From the NCBI GenBank assembly GCA_951406725.2, contig OX597826.1, positions 992,001 to 1,056,000 of the forward strand: a stretch of DNA of 64,000 nt, given 5' to 3'. The DNA comes from Octopus vulgaris (taxonomy: Eukaryota). The translations under genes and the position numbers were made by a program. Position 1 is the first letter of the stretch, and each line of letters begins with the position of its first letter. The notes under the pieces are model-generated. The model had not been told where the DNA came from. It saw only the letters and a program-made list of their open reading frames with translations, and did no database searches. This document shows positions 1 through 14,500 of this stretch, piece after piece.

Positions 1-368
1 TCATTTGACTGTGGCCAAGCTGGAGCACTGCCTTTAGTCGAGCAAATCGACCCCAGGACTTATTCTTTGTAAGCCTAGTACTTATTCTATCGGTCGCTAA
101 GTTACGGCGACGTAAACACACCAGCATCGGTTGTCAAGCGATATTGGGGTGGGGGACAAACACAGACACACGAACATATGCACACACACATACATATACA
201 TATATACGACGGGCTTCTTTCAGTTTCCATCTACCAAATCCACTCACAAGGCTTTGGTCAACCTGAGGCTATAGTAGAAGACACTTGCCCAAGGTGCCAC
301 GCAGTGGGACTGAACCCAGAACCATGTGGTTCATAAGCAAGCTACTTACCACACAGCCACTCCTACGC
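1..368 (-). mobile_element. tRNA-derived SINE, family A
   Basis: Reverse complement of the full copy at 24431-24845; head GGAGTGGCTGTGTGGTAAG..GGTTCAGTCCCA resembles Pol III A/B boxes. Confidence 0.85.
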
Positions 369-2109
369 CAATGTATGTATTTTTTATAAGTTTCAGGAGG
401 AAAATAATTTGTGCATGGAGATCGAATGATTCCACTGATCTTTTCAGAAGGTCAGTCAGTGAACAACTTGAAAGACTACTGCTACAGTACATTGGTGCCC
501 AGAAGAAAACCAGCACATTTGTTTTGTTTTATCTTCATGTTTTGATAATGTTACTTTTAATCTAATAAAGACTATAATAGTGACGAAATGTTTTTTTTGT
601 TGATTATAGTAAGATAAAATTATGTTGCCACTCAAATATTTGGAAGTTTTTAAAATATATCAAATAAGAGCAAGCGTTACAACAAGTACTTATGACTCAA
701 TCCTTGACAGGTTTTGCTAAACAGCCATCGAGAAAGAAATATTTAGATGTTTCAGCTCATATTAATGCCATAGTTAGCAATTATGAAAACATAAATGTGA
801 TACAATATTTGCGAGGAATCACACATAATTTGCACTTTTAGATGATAATTTAAAACTTCTTAATATATTGGAGAGGGAGTAATTAAGTAATTGTCCTAGG
901 GGGTAGTTGTTGTCGGGGAGAATTGTCCTGGGGGGTAATTGTCCTGATAGGCTTTGTAATATGTATCATCATTGAACTGTTGTGTTAGGAAGGGCATCCA
1001 GCTGTAAAAACCCTGCCAAAACAGACTGTGAAACCTGGTGAAGTCTTCTGCCTAGCCAGCCCCTGTCAAACAGTCCAACCCTTGCCAGCATGGAAAACAG
1101 ATGTTAAATGATGATGATGAAGATGATGTTCCATGCTGGCATTGGCTGGACGGTTTGACAGGAACCATGATGGGCCCAAGGACTGCTTTGTGCTCCTGTG
1201 TCTGCTCTGGCATAGCTTCTACAGCTGGATCCCTTCCTAATGCAAACAACTTTACAGAATGTACTGGGTGCTTTTTTTTTATGTGACACCAGAGAGGTCA
1301 CCATGCATCTTGCAAGACTACGAATCCCAATGGAGAACAACTTTATGCGAGGAGGTGAGGAGCAGAGAGGGGTAAAGCAAGAGAGAAAAGGGCCACCTGC
1401 AGAACATGTTTGCCTGCTGTAGTTGAGCTACATGGCTACTCATATTTCAGGAGAGAGTTGGGGGTGGTGGTCATGTGCAGTTGGAAAGTGATAAAAAATA
1501 GAGGTTATGAGGTATCGGGGTGGGCCATCAAGTTATGAGGTGAGTGAGAATGAGTGGGGAAGTAAGGGATGCCTGATGGTGCAAAGCAGCAGAATAGAAA
1601 TGATGATACAATAAACAGGGGGAGGACAGAAAGAGAGATGACATGCTGTTGAGTATGTTGCACGAGTGGATGGGGAAGCAAAGGGATTTTTAGGGGGCCT
1701 GATATAGTCACGAGCAGACATGGACACTCTCTCACAACCTTTCCACACTTCATCCAATCCACTAAAGCATCCAAGATGCGAGAGCTGAACGGAGAGAGAT
1801 GTTGTACCAGTAATAACCTGGTACTCATTTTTCAGTTGACTGGAATGGAACAACATGAAATGAAGTGTCTTATTCAATGTGCTGCCCAGCCCAGGAAATG
1901 AACCAGCAAACTTGTGATTGTGAGTCCAACACCTTAGCCACTAGGATTGGCACCGTCAGAATTTTAAAAATAGTACCATAAATGATAGTATTTTATCCAA
2001 GCAGGGTATCGTCTTAATTCCCAGTGTATCTTCTTAACTACTGTTGGGCTGTACCTTAACAGGAACACCCCAGCAGGTAATTAATTCTTTACCAAACCAT
2101 AATCTAAGC

Positions 2110-2337
2110 TTAACCCTTTAGTGTTTAAACTGGCCAAATCCGGCCCAATATATTCTACATGTTTTATATTCAAACTGGCGATGTCTAGCCTCTCACACCT
2201 AACCTACAATGCCATTCTAAAAATAAGTAATCACATCATTGAAACCTCAAAGCTGTAAGATGATCCAGGATTAATTCAAAACAATTTGAGTGAGAAAGTA
2301 TTACATTTAACAGAGGAATCTGAAGACTAAAGGGTGA
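2110..2337. mobile_element. piggyBac-like MITE (related copies ~15453-16024 and ~37446-37667)
   Basis: TTAA followed by CCCTTTAG..., ends ..CTAAAGGG; body repeated elsewhere in window. Confidence 0.55.
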
Positions 2338-2428
2338 AACTCAAAGTTCGTTCACAATATAATTCACAGACATACAAACACACATGTACCAATTAGCAAA
2401 TGCAGTTGTCACCCTTGCATATCAATTA

Positions 2429-2463
<35 letters not shown>

Positions 2464-2505
2464 GCTGTTTTACTCAACTGATTTGCCATAAAGAAATTCA
2501 CTTAC

Positions 2506-2577
2506 CATATTCCCAGAATTTCATGTTCTTTGCCTTTGAACTCTTTCTCACTTCAGCAATGGCAACAATAAGAGTGG
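2506..2577 (-). CDS. SLC30A9: SLC30A9 exon (ATLIVAIAEVRKSSKAKNMKFWEY)
   Basis: tttctcaacag / gtaagt, 72 nt. Confidence 0.93.
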
Positions 2578-5500
2578 CTGTTGAGAAATTGAGAAAATTT
2601 ATATTCAAATTAATAAAGTAGTGGAGACATCACAATCTTAATCTCCCTAAATTGACGTCTTTGATACAACTTAAGACAGCTCATGGTTCCATAATAAATT
2701 GACCCTTTTGATACAACTTAAGACAGCCCATGGTTCCATAATAAATTGACCCTTTTGATACCACTTAAGACAGCTCATGGTTACATATTAAATTGACACT
2801 TTTGATACCACTTAAGACAGCTCATGGTTCCATAATAAATTGACACTTTTGATACCACTTAAGACAGCCCATGGTTCCATAATAAATTGACACTTTTGAT
2901 ACCACTTAAGACAGCCCATGGTTCCATAATAAATTGACCCTTTTGACACCACTTAAGACAGCTCATGATTCCATAATAAATTGACCCTTTTGATACCACT
3001 TAAGACAGCCCATGGTTACATAAGAAATTGACCCTTTTGATACCACTTAAGACAGCTCACGGTTCCATAATAAATTGACCCTTTTGACACCACTTAAGAC
3101 AGCTCATGGTTCCATAATATATTGACCCTTTTGACACCACTTAAGACAGCTCATGGTTCCATAATAAATTGGCTCTATTGGCACCACTTAAGACAGCCCA
3201 TGGTTCCATAATAAATTGACCCTTTTGATACCACTTAAGACAGCCCATGGTTCCATAGTAAATTGACCCTTTTGATACCACTTAAGACAGCTCATGGTTC
3301 CATAATAAATTGACCCTTTTGACACCACTTAAGACAGCCCATGGTTCCATAATAAATTGACCCTTTTGATACCACTTAAGACAGCCCATGGTTCCATAAT
3401 AAATTGACCCTTTTGATACCACTTAAGACAGCTCATGGTTCCATAATAAATTGACCCTTTTGATACCACTTAAGACAGCTCATGGTTCCATAATAAATTG
3501 ATCCTTTTGATACCACTTAAGACAGCTCATGGTTCCATAATAAATTGACCCTTTTGATACCACTTAAGACAGCTCATGGTTCCATAATAGATTGACCCTT
3601 TTGATGCCACTTAAGACAGCTCATGGTTCCATAATAAATTGACCCTTTTGATACCACTTAAGACAGCTCATGGTTCCATAATAAATTGACCCTTTTGATA
3701 CCACTTAAGACAGCTCATGGTTCCATAATAAATTGACCCTTTTGATACCACTTAAGACAGCCCATGGTTCCATAATAAATTGACCCTTTTGATATCACTT
3801 AAGACAGCTCATGGTTCCATAATAAATTGACCCTTTTGATACCACTTAAGACGGCTCATGGTTCCATAATAGATTGACCCTTTTGATGCCACTTAAGACA
3901 GCTCATGGTTCCATAATAAATTGACCCTTTTCATACCACTTAAGACAGCTCATGGTTCCATAATAGATTGACCCTTTTGATGCCACTTAAGACAGCTCAT
4001 GGTTCCATAATAAATTGACCCTTTTGATACCACTTAAGACAGCTCATGGTTCCATAATAAACTGACCCTTCTGATACCACATAAGACAGCCCATGGTTCC
4101 ATAATAAATTGACCCTTTTGACACCACTTAAGACAGCCCATGGTTCCATAATAAATTGACCCTTTTGATACCACTTAAGACAGCCCATGGTTCCATAATA
4201 AATTGACCCTTTTGATACCACTTAAGACAGCTCATGGTTCCATAATAGATTGACCCTTTTCATGCAACTTAAGACAGCTCATGGTTCCATAATACATTGA
4301 CCCTTTTGATACCACTTAAGACAGCTCATGGTTCCATAATAGATTGACCCTTTTGANNNNNNNNNNNNNNNNNNNNNNNNNNNNNNNNNNNNNNNNNNNN
4401 NNNNNNNNNNNNNNNNNNNNNNNNNNNNNNNNNNNNNNNNNNNNNNNNNNNNNNNNTAAGACAGCTCATGGTTCCATAATAAATTGACCCTTTTGATACC
4501 ACTTAAGACAGCTCATGGTTCCATAATAAATTGACCCTTTTGATACCACTTAAGACAGCTCATGGTTCCATAATAAATTGACCCTTTTGATACCACTTAA
4601 GACAGCTCATGGTTCCATAATAAATTGACCCTTTTGATACCACTTAAGACAGCTCATGGTTCCATAATAAATTGACCCTTTGATACCACTTAAGACAGCT
4701 CATGGTTCCATAATAAATTGACCCTTTTGATACCACTTAAGACAGCTCATGGTTCCATAATAAATTGACCCTTTTGATACCACTTAAGACAGCTCATGGT
4801 TCCATAATAAATTGACCCTTTTGATACCCCACTTAAGACAGCTCATGGTTCCATAATAAATTGACCCTTTTGATACCACTTAAGACAGCTCATGGTTCCA
4901 TAATAAATTGACCCTTTTGATATCACTTAAGAAAGCTCATGGTTCCATAATAAATTGACCCTTTTGATACCACTTAAGACAGCTCATGGTTCCATAATAA
5001 ATTGACCCTTTTGATATCACTTAAGACAGCTCATGGTTCCATAATAAATTGACCCTTTTGATACCACTTAAGACAGCTCATGGTTCCATAATAAATTGAC
5101 CCTTTTGATACCATTTAAGAAAGCTCATGGTTCCATAATAGATTGACCCTTTTGATACCACTTAAGACAGCTCATGGTTCCATAATAAATTGACCCTTTT
5201 GATACCACTTAAGACAGCCCATGGTTCCATAATAAATTGACCCTTTTGATACCACTTAAGAAAGCTCATGGTTCCATAATAGATTGACCCTTTTGATACC
5301 ACTTAAGACAGCTCATGGTTCCATAATAAATTGACCCTTTTGATACCACTTAAGACAGCTCATGGTTCCATAATAAATTGACCCTTTTGATACCACTTAA
5401 GACAGCTCATGGTTCCATAATAAATTGACCCTTTTGATATCACTTAAGACAGCTCATGGTTCCATAATAAATTGACCCTTTTGATACCACTTAAGACAGC

Positions 5501-8500
5501 TCATGGTTCCATAATAAATTGACCCTTTTGATACCACTTAAGACAGCTCATGGTTCCATAATAAATTGACCCTTTTGATACCACTTAAGACAGCTCATGG
5601 TTCCATAATAGATTGACCCTTTTGATACCACTTAAGACAGCTCATGGTTCCATAATAAATTGACCCTTTTGATACCACTTAAGACAGCTCATGGTTCCAT
5701 AATAAATTGACCCTTTTGATACCACTTAAGACAGCCCATGGTTCCATAATAAATTGACCCTTTTGATACCACTTAAGACAGCCCATGGTTCCATAATAAA
5801 TTGACCCTTTTGATACCACTTAAGAAAACTCATGGTTCCATAATAGATTGACCCTTTTGATATCACTTAAGAAAGCTCATGGTTCCATAATAAATTGACC
5901 CTTTTGATACCACTTAAGACAGCTCATGGTTCCATAATAAATTGACCCTTTTGATACCACTTAAGAAAGCTCATGGTTCCATAATAGATTGACCCTTTTG
6001 ATACCACTTAAGACAGCTCATGGTTCCATAATAAATTGACCCTTTTGACACCACTTAAGACAGCTCATGGTTCCATAATAAATTGACCCTTTTGATACCA
6101 CTTAAGACAGCCCATGGTTCCATAATAAATTGACCCTTTTGATATCACTTAAGACAGCCCATGGTTCCATAATAAATTGACCCTTTTGATATCACTTAAG
6201 ACAGCCCATGGTTCCATAATAAATTGACCCTTTTGATATCACTTAAGACAGCTCATGGTTCCATAATAAAAATTTTCTGCATGAAAGCAATATAAATTAA
6301 ACCTTCCATCAAATTCGGGTTTTAAATCCCAGCTTAATAATCCTTTCTACAAGGCCTGGATTTTCTGGGGAGGGGGACAGTCGTTCACATAGACTCAAAT
6401 GGTACTTCATTTATCAACCCTGAAAGGATGAAAGACAAAGACGATCGCAGTGGAATTTGAACTCAGAACATAGCAATGAGTGAAATCCCTATTTCTTTAC
6501 TACCCACAAGGGGCCAAACACAGAAGGGACAAACAAGGACAGAAAACGAATTAAGTCGATTACATCAACCCCAGTGCGTAACTGGTACTTAATTTATTGA
6601 CCCCGAAAGGATGAAAGGCAAAGTCGACCTCGGCAGAATTTGAACTCAGAACATAGCATTGGGTGAAATCCCGCTAAGCATTCCATCCAGTGGGCCAACA
6701 ATGCTGGCATCTCGCTGCCTTATCCCAGCTTAATAACAGCTATTTTGCTATATTCTGACAGTTCCTCTCAGGAAAACTGGGATCAACACAGCAGTCAAAC
6801 TTATTTTCCATGATCACAATGGCTACATACACCAAATTTAGGGAGACTATATGGCCATTCAACCTCCTAGAAACAGGAGTCAAACATCCCTCAAATTATA
6901 CCCAACCATTCCGAAAAAAAGGAGTGAAAAGTATAATGTAGTCCTAGATATGTAATGCCCTAGAGGAAGACGTGATGGTCGTTGTTGGAATGCTTTGAAT
7001 TATAGGTTTGATCAGTCAGGGTAGACTTGAGGCTAAACAACAACACCAAATATAGAACCAGTTAGTAAATGAATACCTTTCATTCTCAGCCACTCCCTGG
7101 CACAAAACCTTGGCAATTATCATCACCATCATAAGTTATTATCCACCTTGCATGCTGGAAGGTGGGTTGGACGGTTCGACAGGAGCTGGCCAAGTAGAAG
7201 TCTACAACAGGCTACTACTGTGTCTGTTTTGGCAGGGTTTTTACGTCTGGATGCCCTTCCTAACACCAACAAATCAGCAGAGTGGGCTGAGTGTTTTTTA
7301 CATGGCACTAGCACAGGCTAGATCAGTTTTAGCAGTTTTTACAGCTAGTTGCCCTTCCAAATGCCAACCACTTTACGGTGGCGTGTTTTAAGTGGCACCG
7401 ACACTGGCAGGGTCACCAAGTTACTTGCTAGACAAGGAATCTTTGAAAGGAGGGGGGCATCGGAAGAGATGAAATTTAATGTATTACTAGCAGACGTACT
7501 TGGGATTTAAATAGCATAGTTTGTATATATGGTACAGTTAAGATGATATGCGATACAAAGAAGTACAGCATTGACAGCAAAACATTTGTGGCATAAACAA
7601 AGGGCTACTAATTTGACTAAGTGACATGCTATGCATCTGTTTGGAAGATTCCAGGCCCTAACCTTGTCATGTAAAAGTGGGTGGTGGAGTGGGTATGTGA
7701 TCTTTGAATGCACTAAAAAGTGCTCAGTAGATATACTCTCCTTTGAGGCTGTCGGTGTTGCCGCTACCCCATGCTGAACAATCAGCAGACATAGGAACTA
7801 CATCTGTGTGATAAATTCAGCCTGTGGGCACACTCAACACCACCACCACATGAGGGAAATCTACATGAAAGAAATGACATGGTAAGGAGGGGGGATTGAC
7901 TAAAGCTATTAAAGCAGCATTCCTGGCCATGCAAATACTACACTGCTCATCGTTTTCCATTGCTCTTGCAGTAGCTGTACATGCAGCGTTTTGTAATTGT
8001 CTAATTGAAGTCTCATGTAATGATTCATTTGCTCTCCTACCGCCATTTTTCGACCAATGGAGGATCTCTTCTTTGGAGATGCTATGTCAAGAAATATGAT
8101 GTAATAAACTAAGATGACAATTGTACGTTAATAATGAAATGTCAATAAAAAAATGTAAATAGTATCAATATCTTAGCAAATTTTAACAAAAGTTACTTTG
8201 CAAAGAGTTACATCCCTTTTCCACAGTGGTCGTACTTACCCCAGGAAAAAGGGTTTTTTCTGGCCCCAGAGGCCCCATTACTCATTATGTGAAGAATTTT
8301 AGGAGTCTAAAACCATCTGTAGAACAGAAGTAATGTATGTTCCCAGTTTAAAGAAAATCAGTTGTGAACTTCAGAAGTTATGCAGGTATACACACACACA
8401 CATATATAGATAGCATTATGCCATTGTATGATGTAATTACATTAACTTAGTACACAAAGATCTACACAAACAGTATTTCTAAACTTTCTTAATCTCAATT

Positions 8501-11500
8501 CCCCTTTCAAAGTATGGCATTTTACAAATGCCTTTCCACACGTTTTGTTTTTGTTTTTTTTTTTTTGTTTATTTGCTTTTGTGAGGAAAAAAGACTATTT
8601 TAATCAACCTAGAGCTGATTTTGCACAGTGATATATTATTCATGATTTCTTATCCCACCCAGCATGTGTCTTTTTTTAGTTATTTCTATGGACTAGAAAC
8701 CATCTATATTAGATTTCTTAATGGAAATTACTTAAGAAAGCAAGGACTTAGACAACAAATTTACACTGGGTTCTGCTACAACATTAGTCATATTTTTTGT
8801 TCACTGATAACCTAACACAATATTCTATTCATATTTTAATCCTAACAAAGATTTTTTTTGTCAGAATTAATAAATGAATAGGATATTCACATAGTGCAGA
8901 AGTTCTCAACCATTTTTTATTCATGGACCCTTCTGATTATTATTCTGTTCTAGTGGTCTCCCATAACCATTCAATGATTAAAAACTAGTTTTATAGAAAC
9001 TTCTTTCAAAATTCCCTGTTTTGTTTATCATATATTAACTTGTGTAGGCTAAACTATATATAAAACATGGTTCTCAACAATTTTTTATCTATGGACCCCT
9101 TTAATTACTATTTTATTCTAGCAGACCCCCATAGCCATTTCATGATTAAAAACTAGTTCTATAGAAATTTCTTTCAAAATTCCTATTTTGTTTTTCACCC
9201 ATTAACTTGGGTCCGTTGATTTATGTTAAATGTTAGAGAAAGAAACCTGGCCGTTTCTTGCAATCAATACTAATACATACATCGAAAGCTAAGTTTTTTC
9301 AAGGGCCCTTAAAATACTATTGTGGGTATCCAATTTACAATTTTATTATGTGGAGTCCCAAATATCTTATCTGGACCCTCAGGGGCTATGTGGACCCTGG
9401 TTGAGAATCACAGATATAGTGAACAGTAGTGTTGCAAATATAACTATTATATATGAGAAGACCAGGCAGGACAAGTGAGCCCAGCCCACTTATGAATGCC
9501 TTTCCTCCCTTGGACACAAAGACCGGTTGAGGCAAGCGAAGTCGATATAGAACCTCATCCGACGACAGACACCCATGCCAACCCCCCATGCTTGCGAAGA
9601 CATGTTGGGGCAAGCGAAATCGAAATCGAAACCGAATTGAACCAGCCAGGATCCCTGGCCTGGTGGTACGTAAAAAGCACTATCCGACTCGTGGCCGTGG
9701 CACGTAAAATACTCCAATGTGACCGTACGACAGGCACCCATGCCAACCCCCTTTGCTTGTGAAGACATGTTGGGGCAAGCGAAATCGAAATCGAATTGAA
9801 CCAGCCAGGATCCCTGGTCTGGTGGTACGTAAAAAGCACTATCCGACTTGTGGCCGTGGCACGTAAAATACTCCAATGCGACCGTACGACAGGCACCCAT
9901 GCCAACCCCCTTTGCTTGTGAAGACATGTTGGGGCAAGCGAAATCGAAATCGAATTGAACCAGCCAGGATCCCTGGTCTGGTGGTACGTAAAAAGCACTA
10001 TCCGACTCGTGGCCGATGCCAGCACCGCCTCGACTGGCTTCCGTGCCGGTGGCACATAAAATACACCAATCTGACCGTGGCCGTTGCCAGCCCCGCCTGG
10101 CACCTGTGCAGGTGGCACGTAAAAAGCACCCACTACACTCACGGAGTGGTTGGCGTTAGGAAGGGCATCCAGCTGTAGAAACATTGCCAGATTAGACTGG
10201 AGTCTGGTGCAGCCTTCTGGCTTCCCAGAACCCCGGTCGAACCGTCCAACCCATGCTAGCATGGAGAACGGACGTTAAACGACGATGATGATGATGATGA
10301 TACCTGGTTCAAATAATTTATTTCTAAGGTAAAAAAAGAAAGAAAAAAACAACACTCTCTCTAACTATTCAGCACCTCTACACCTGATACAGCAACCCCC
10401 CCACCACCACCAACTTAGCACCAGCACACCCAACATAGCAACCCCTTGTGAGCTCACAAACTCTGCTCCTCCAAAGGAGCACTATTACCCAGACCAAATC
10501 CGCTGCACAACAATAATTTCACTTTTAACAATCCAACCTTTCCCTCTCATGTTACTACTAACACCCAACAGCCATCAGTGGAATTTTGCATTAAGTACAC
10601 CACACAACCACTCGGAACTTTTTTTTTTTTTTGGAATTTTCAGAAATATTTTGCAAATCTGTATTCTACATACAGGAAATCATATGATTATGCAAAAACT
10701 GAAAAAAAAATTTTTTATGTAATTTAAGGGCTATTTAGCTGTTATTTTTAACACATCTCACAACCACCTGATACTTTGCTTTCTTTGTCACTTTGAGTTA
10801 TTGATGTTTTTCAATATCTTTCTCCCAATAAACACATTTAATAATCTTTAATAGGATTGAAAGCAAAAATTTCATACTGTCCATATTTTAAATTCTGATT
10901 TGAAAAAAAAAAAATCAATATATATTTCTAAATTCAAAAAATTAAAACAAAAACATTTTTTTAAATAGTTATTTAAATTCCTGTGTGTAGAACACAAACA
11001 CAAAGATTTTCTGAAAATTCCAAAAACTAAAAAAGCTATGAGGGTTTATATGGCATGCTTAAAGCAAAATTCCATCAAACCATCTTTCTAAATAGCAGGA
11101 ATTATAACAAACAAAAGAGAAGGCCCTTTATGTGAATTTTTGATTTACAGAAAATAGCAGCCAAATTACCTCAAACTCACACACTAACCATTTGTTCATT
11201 CATGTGTTTGTTCAACGTCCCTTTTATTTTTCCATGCAAGTTAGGCTTAGATGGAAATTGATTTTCAGGGAAGATTTTAAATTTTACAACCAGATACTCT
11301 TCAACACATCTTTCAAAGTGCACAGCAACCAGTCAAGTGAGACAAACGTTCTAAGTTCAAATTCCACTAAAGTCAACTTTGCCTTTCATCCAATCAGGAA
11401 TCAATAAAATAAAACACCAGTCAAATATAGGAGAGGCAGGTTGATGTAATTAACTCACCCCTCTCTCTCAAAATTGCTGGCCTTGTGCCAAAATGTTGAA

Positions 11501-14500
11501 TCAAGTATAAGACCAGTGCTTAAGAACACTAGAGTTTGTAGAGTATTTCTAGAGAGATAACAATAATTCATTTATTAGAAATAATTCAGTTCCCATGTTC
11601 TACTGTATTGGTTTGTTGAGTTTGCCCACAAGATTAATTTATAACACAGATGTAGAGATAAGATGCTAAATATAGCAAAATCATTTTGGCCTTGTTTGTT
11701 CAGTTCTATGAAAGCAATGCAGAAACAGAAACTGTAGTGTGTTGGAATAAATGGCCTGCAGTATTTGGTTGTTGCTCCCTCTCTATCCTAAGTTCAAACC
11801 TCACCAAACTGGACGACTGGTATTCTCTTTCGTTCTTCCACGGGGCTGAAACAAAGTTAGGTGGCAGTCACATACTGCAAGCAAGGTAAAGAAACACACC
11901 TATCCTCCCTGTCTAGGAATAAATAGCCTTGTACCAAATCTACTTCCATCATCATTTAATATCTGTTTTCCATGCTGGCATGGATTGGACAGTTTGATAG
12001 GAGGTGGCCAGCCTGGGAGCTGCCCACACTCCATGTCAGTTTAGGTATGGTTTCTATGACTGGATGCCCTTCCTAACACCAACCACTATACAGAGAGTAC
12101 TGGGTGCTTTCTATGTGGCATCAGTACAGGTACTTTCATGTGGCATCAGTACAGGTACTTTCATGTGGCATCAGTACAGGTACTTTCATGTGGCACCAGC
12201 ATGGATGCTTTCTATGTGGCACTGGCACTTTTACGTGACACCAGCACAGGTGCTCCTACATGACACTGATATAGGAGCTTTTTACATAGAACTGGCATGA
12301 ATGTTTTTACTTTATATATCACATCCCATGCATTTCAAAAAACATGAAACAAATTGAAGAATGTAGTCCTAGCTATACTTAGGCCTGTCTGAAAAAAAAT
12401 GGGACAGTCACATGTAGAATGTCTTGACCATAGGTCTATTCAATGAGAGCTGACCAGGAGTAGCTAAATAACAATTAATCATCGTTTAGTTAAATTACTA
12501 ATTATTACTAATATTTAACTTCTTAGGTGGAATGTGGGAGAGGGGCAGAGTTCGTTTATTTTCATTTTCCCATTTCTTCAGACAATTTACTCTTTCTCCC
12601 CAATCATCATCATTGTCATAACAATAATAATGTCTACTTTTCCATATTTGCATGGGTTGGACAGAGTTCATTTGGGACAGACTTTCTACAGCCAGTTGCC
12701 CTTCCTGTTGCCAGCCACCACTTGTTCCCGAGCAAGGTAATATTCCACCCACCGTGGCCAGACATGTTCTTGCAGGAGACTGGAAATGAATGACACTTTT
12801 TGTATTACAGTGATACTCATTTACAAGTATGATGACAAGGAGACACAAACACACATGCAAGGTCTAATAAATAAGTATCCAAACTGTCGTCATAGTAACA
12901 AAGCTAAAGCATGCAGAGTGAAACCACTTAGCAAAAATTAACCTTGAAACCTGTTGTGCATGCGAACTAAGTTTTAATATTCTAGCTCACTTCCTCTGTT
13001 TACAGCAGTGCTTGGTAGGAAGGTGTGTAGTGTGTGATCGTCGCACTGACTATGACAGAAAAAGTTGTCATGGCGATACCTGCTCAGAGGCCTACACAAA
13101 GTTGCAGAAAGTGTATGGTGAGGAGTGTATGAGACGCACACAAGTGTACAAGTGGTTCAGACGTTTCCAAGATGGCCGAAAATATGTCGATACTGACAAA
13201 CGTTCTGGGAGACCCATAACCAGCAGAACTGAGAAAAGTATCACAGATGTGCATGAAACTGTGCTGGGAAATCCTCAAATCACCATCCATGAGTTATCAG
13301 AGGATGTGCAGATTAATTACAGTTCAGTTTAATCCATTATCACAGATTAGTGTACAAGATGCGTGTCTGCCAAGTTTGTACCAAAACTGCTTTCGGCTGA
13401 CCAAAAAGGCACTCAAGTTTCAGTAGAACAAGATTTCCTTGATTCTGTCGAGAATGATGAAAAGTTTTTGAAAACTTTGTGTAGGGCTCTGAGCAGGTAT
13501 CGCCAAGCTTTTGGCAAAATTTGGTGCAGATTCTCTGCTCAACTTTCTCTGTCATAGTCAATGCTATGACCACACACTACACACCTTCCTTCATAGTACT
13601 GCTGTAAACAGTGAAAGTGAGCTAGAATGTTAAAACTTAGTGTCCATGCACTGCAGAGTTCAAGGTCAATCTGTGCCAAGTGGCTTCACTCTGTCTACTT
13701 TAGCTTCGTTACTATGGCAACGGTCTGGATACTTATTGATCAGACCACATACATATCATCATTTAATGCTGGCTTTCCTGCTACAAAGGCTTGGACAGTT
13801 TGATAGGATCTGATGAGCTACAGGACTGCATCAAACTCCAGTGCCAGCTTTCACATGGATTCTATGGCTGGACGCCCTTCCACACACAAACCACTTTACA
13901 GTGTGTACTGGGTGGTTTTTTTTTTCATGCCACCAACACATGCAAGGCCACCAAGTAACTCATGAGGCGGAAAAGAGAAAGAGGGTTTCTTTCCTTAACC
14001 CTAACCATCTACTAAAACCACTCAAAAGGTTTGGGGTTAGCTCAAGGGGTAGAGTAAAAGACATTTGCTCTATGTGCCACAAAGATACCAAAAAAAACAA
14101 AAAAAAAATTTTAATCATAAAAGAAACTAAAAAAATGTACACTTACCACCTTCAGACACCATAGTACCAAGCAGAGCAGCAATTGCCTGTAAATTAGATA
14201 ATACAATAAAGAATAGTAAAAAAAAAACCCTCAAGTAGCATTAGTCTTTGTTTTGTTTTGTTTTTGCAATCTGTTAATCAGGAAGACAGTGCACTTGACC
14301 CTTTACAGGGACTCCAAGGCTAGGTGGGGGTGGATAGTATCACCAAACTGAAAACATGGCCCAAATGCTTGTTACAGAGTGGAATCTGTTAAAGGCATCC
14401 AAAGTATGGAAGGAGGGGTAAGGAGTGAGTGGCAGATCAAGTTTACCACCCAAGGAGGGCCATGGTAGGATTTGAACCCAGAACACAAAGAGCTGGAATT

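Noticed and set aside
2649-6270. CRISPR-like array
   Set aside because: Units are directly adjacent with no unique spacers, no cas genes, and the context is a eukaryotic intron
7908-8081. Alternative terminal SLC30A9 exon (in-phase acceptor, ASPKKRSSIGRK..MLL*)
   Set aside because: Lies inside a Helitron remnant and has no ZnT9 similarity; would need RNA evidence
9490-10262. 145-235 aa ORFs with internal repeats
   Set aside because: Fall within a family B SINE with tandem duplication; the same peptides recur at other SINE copies
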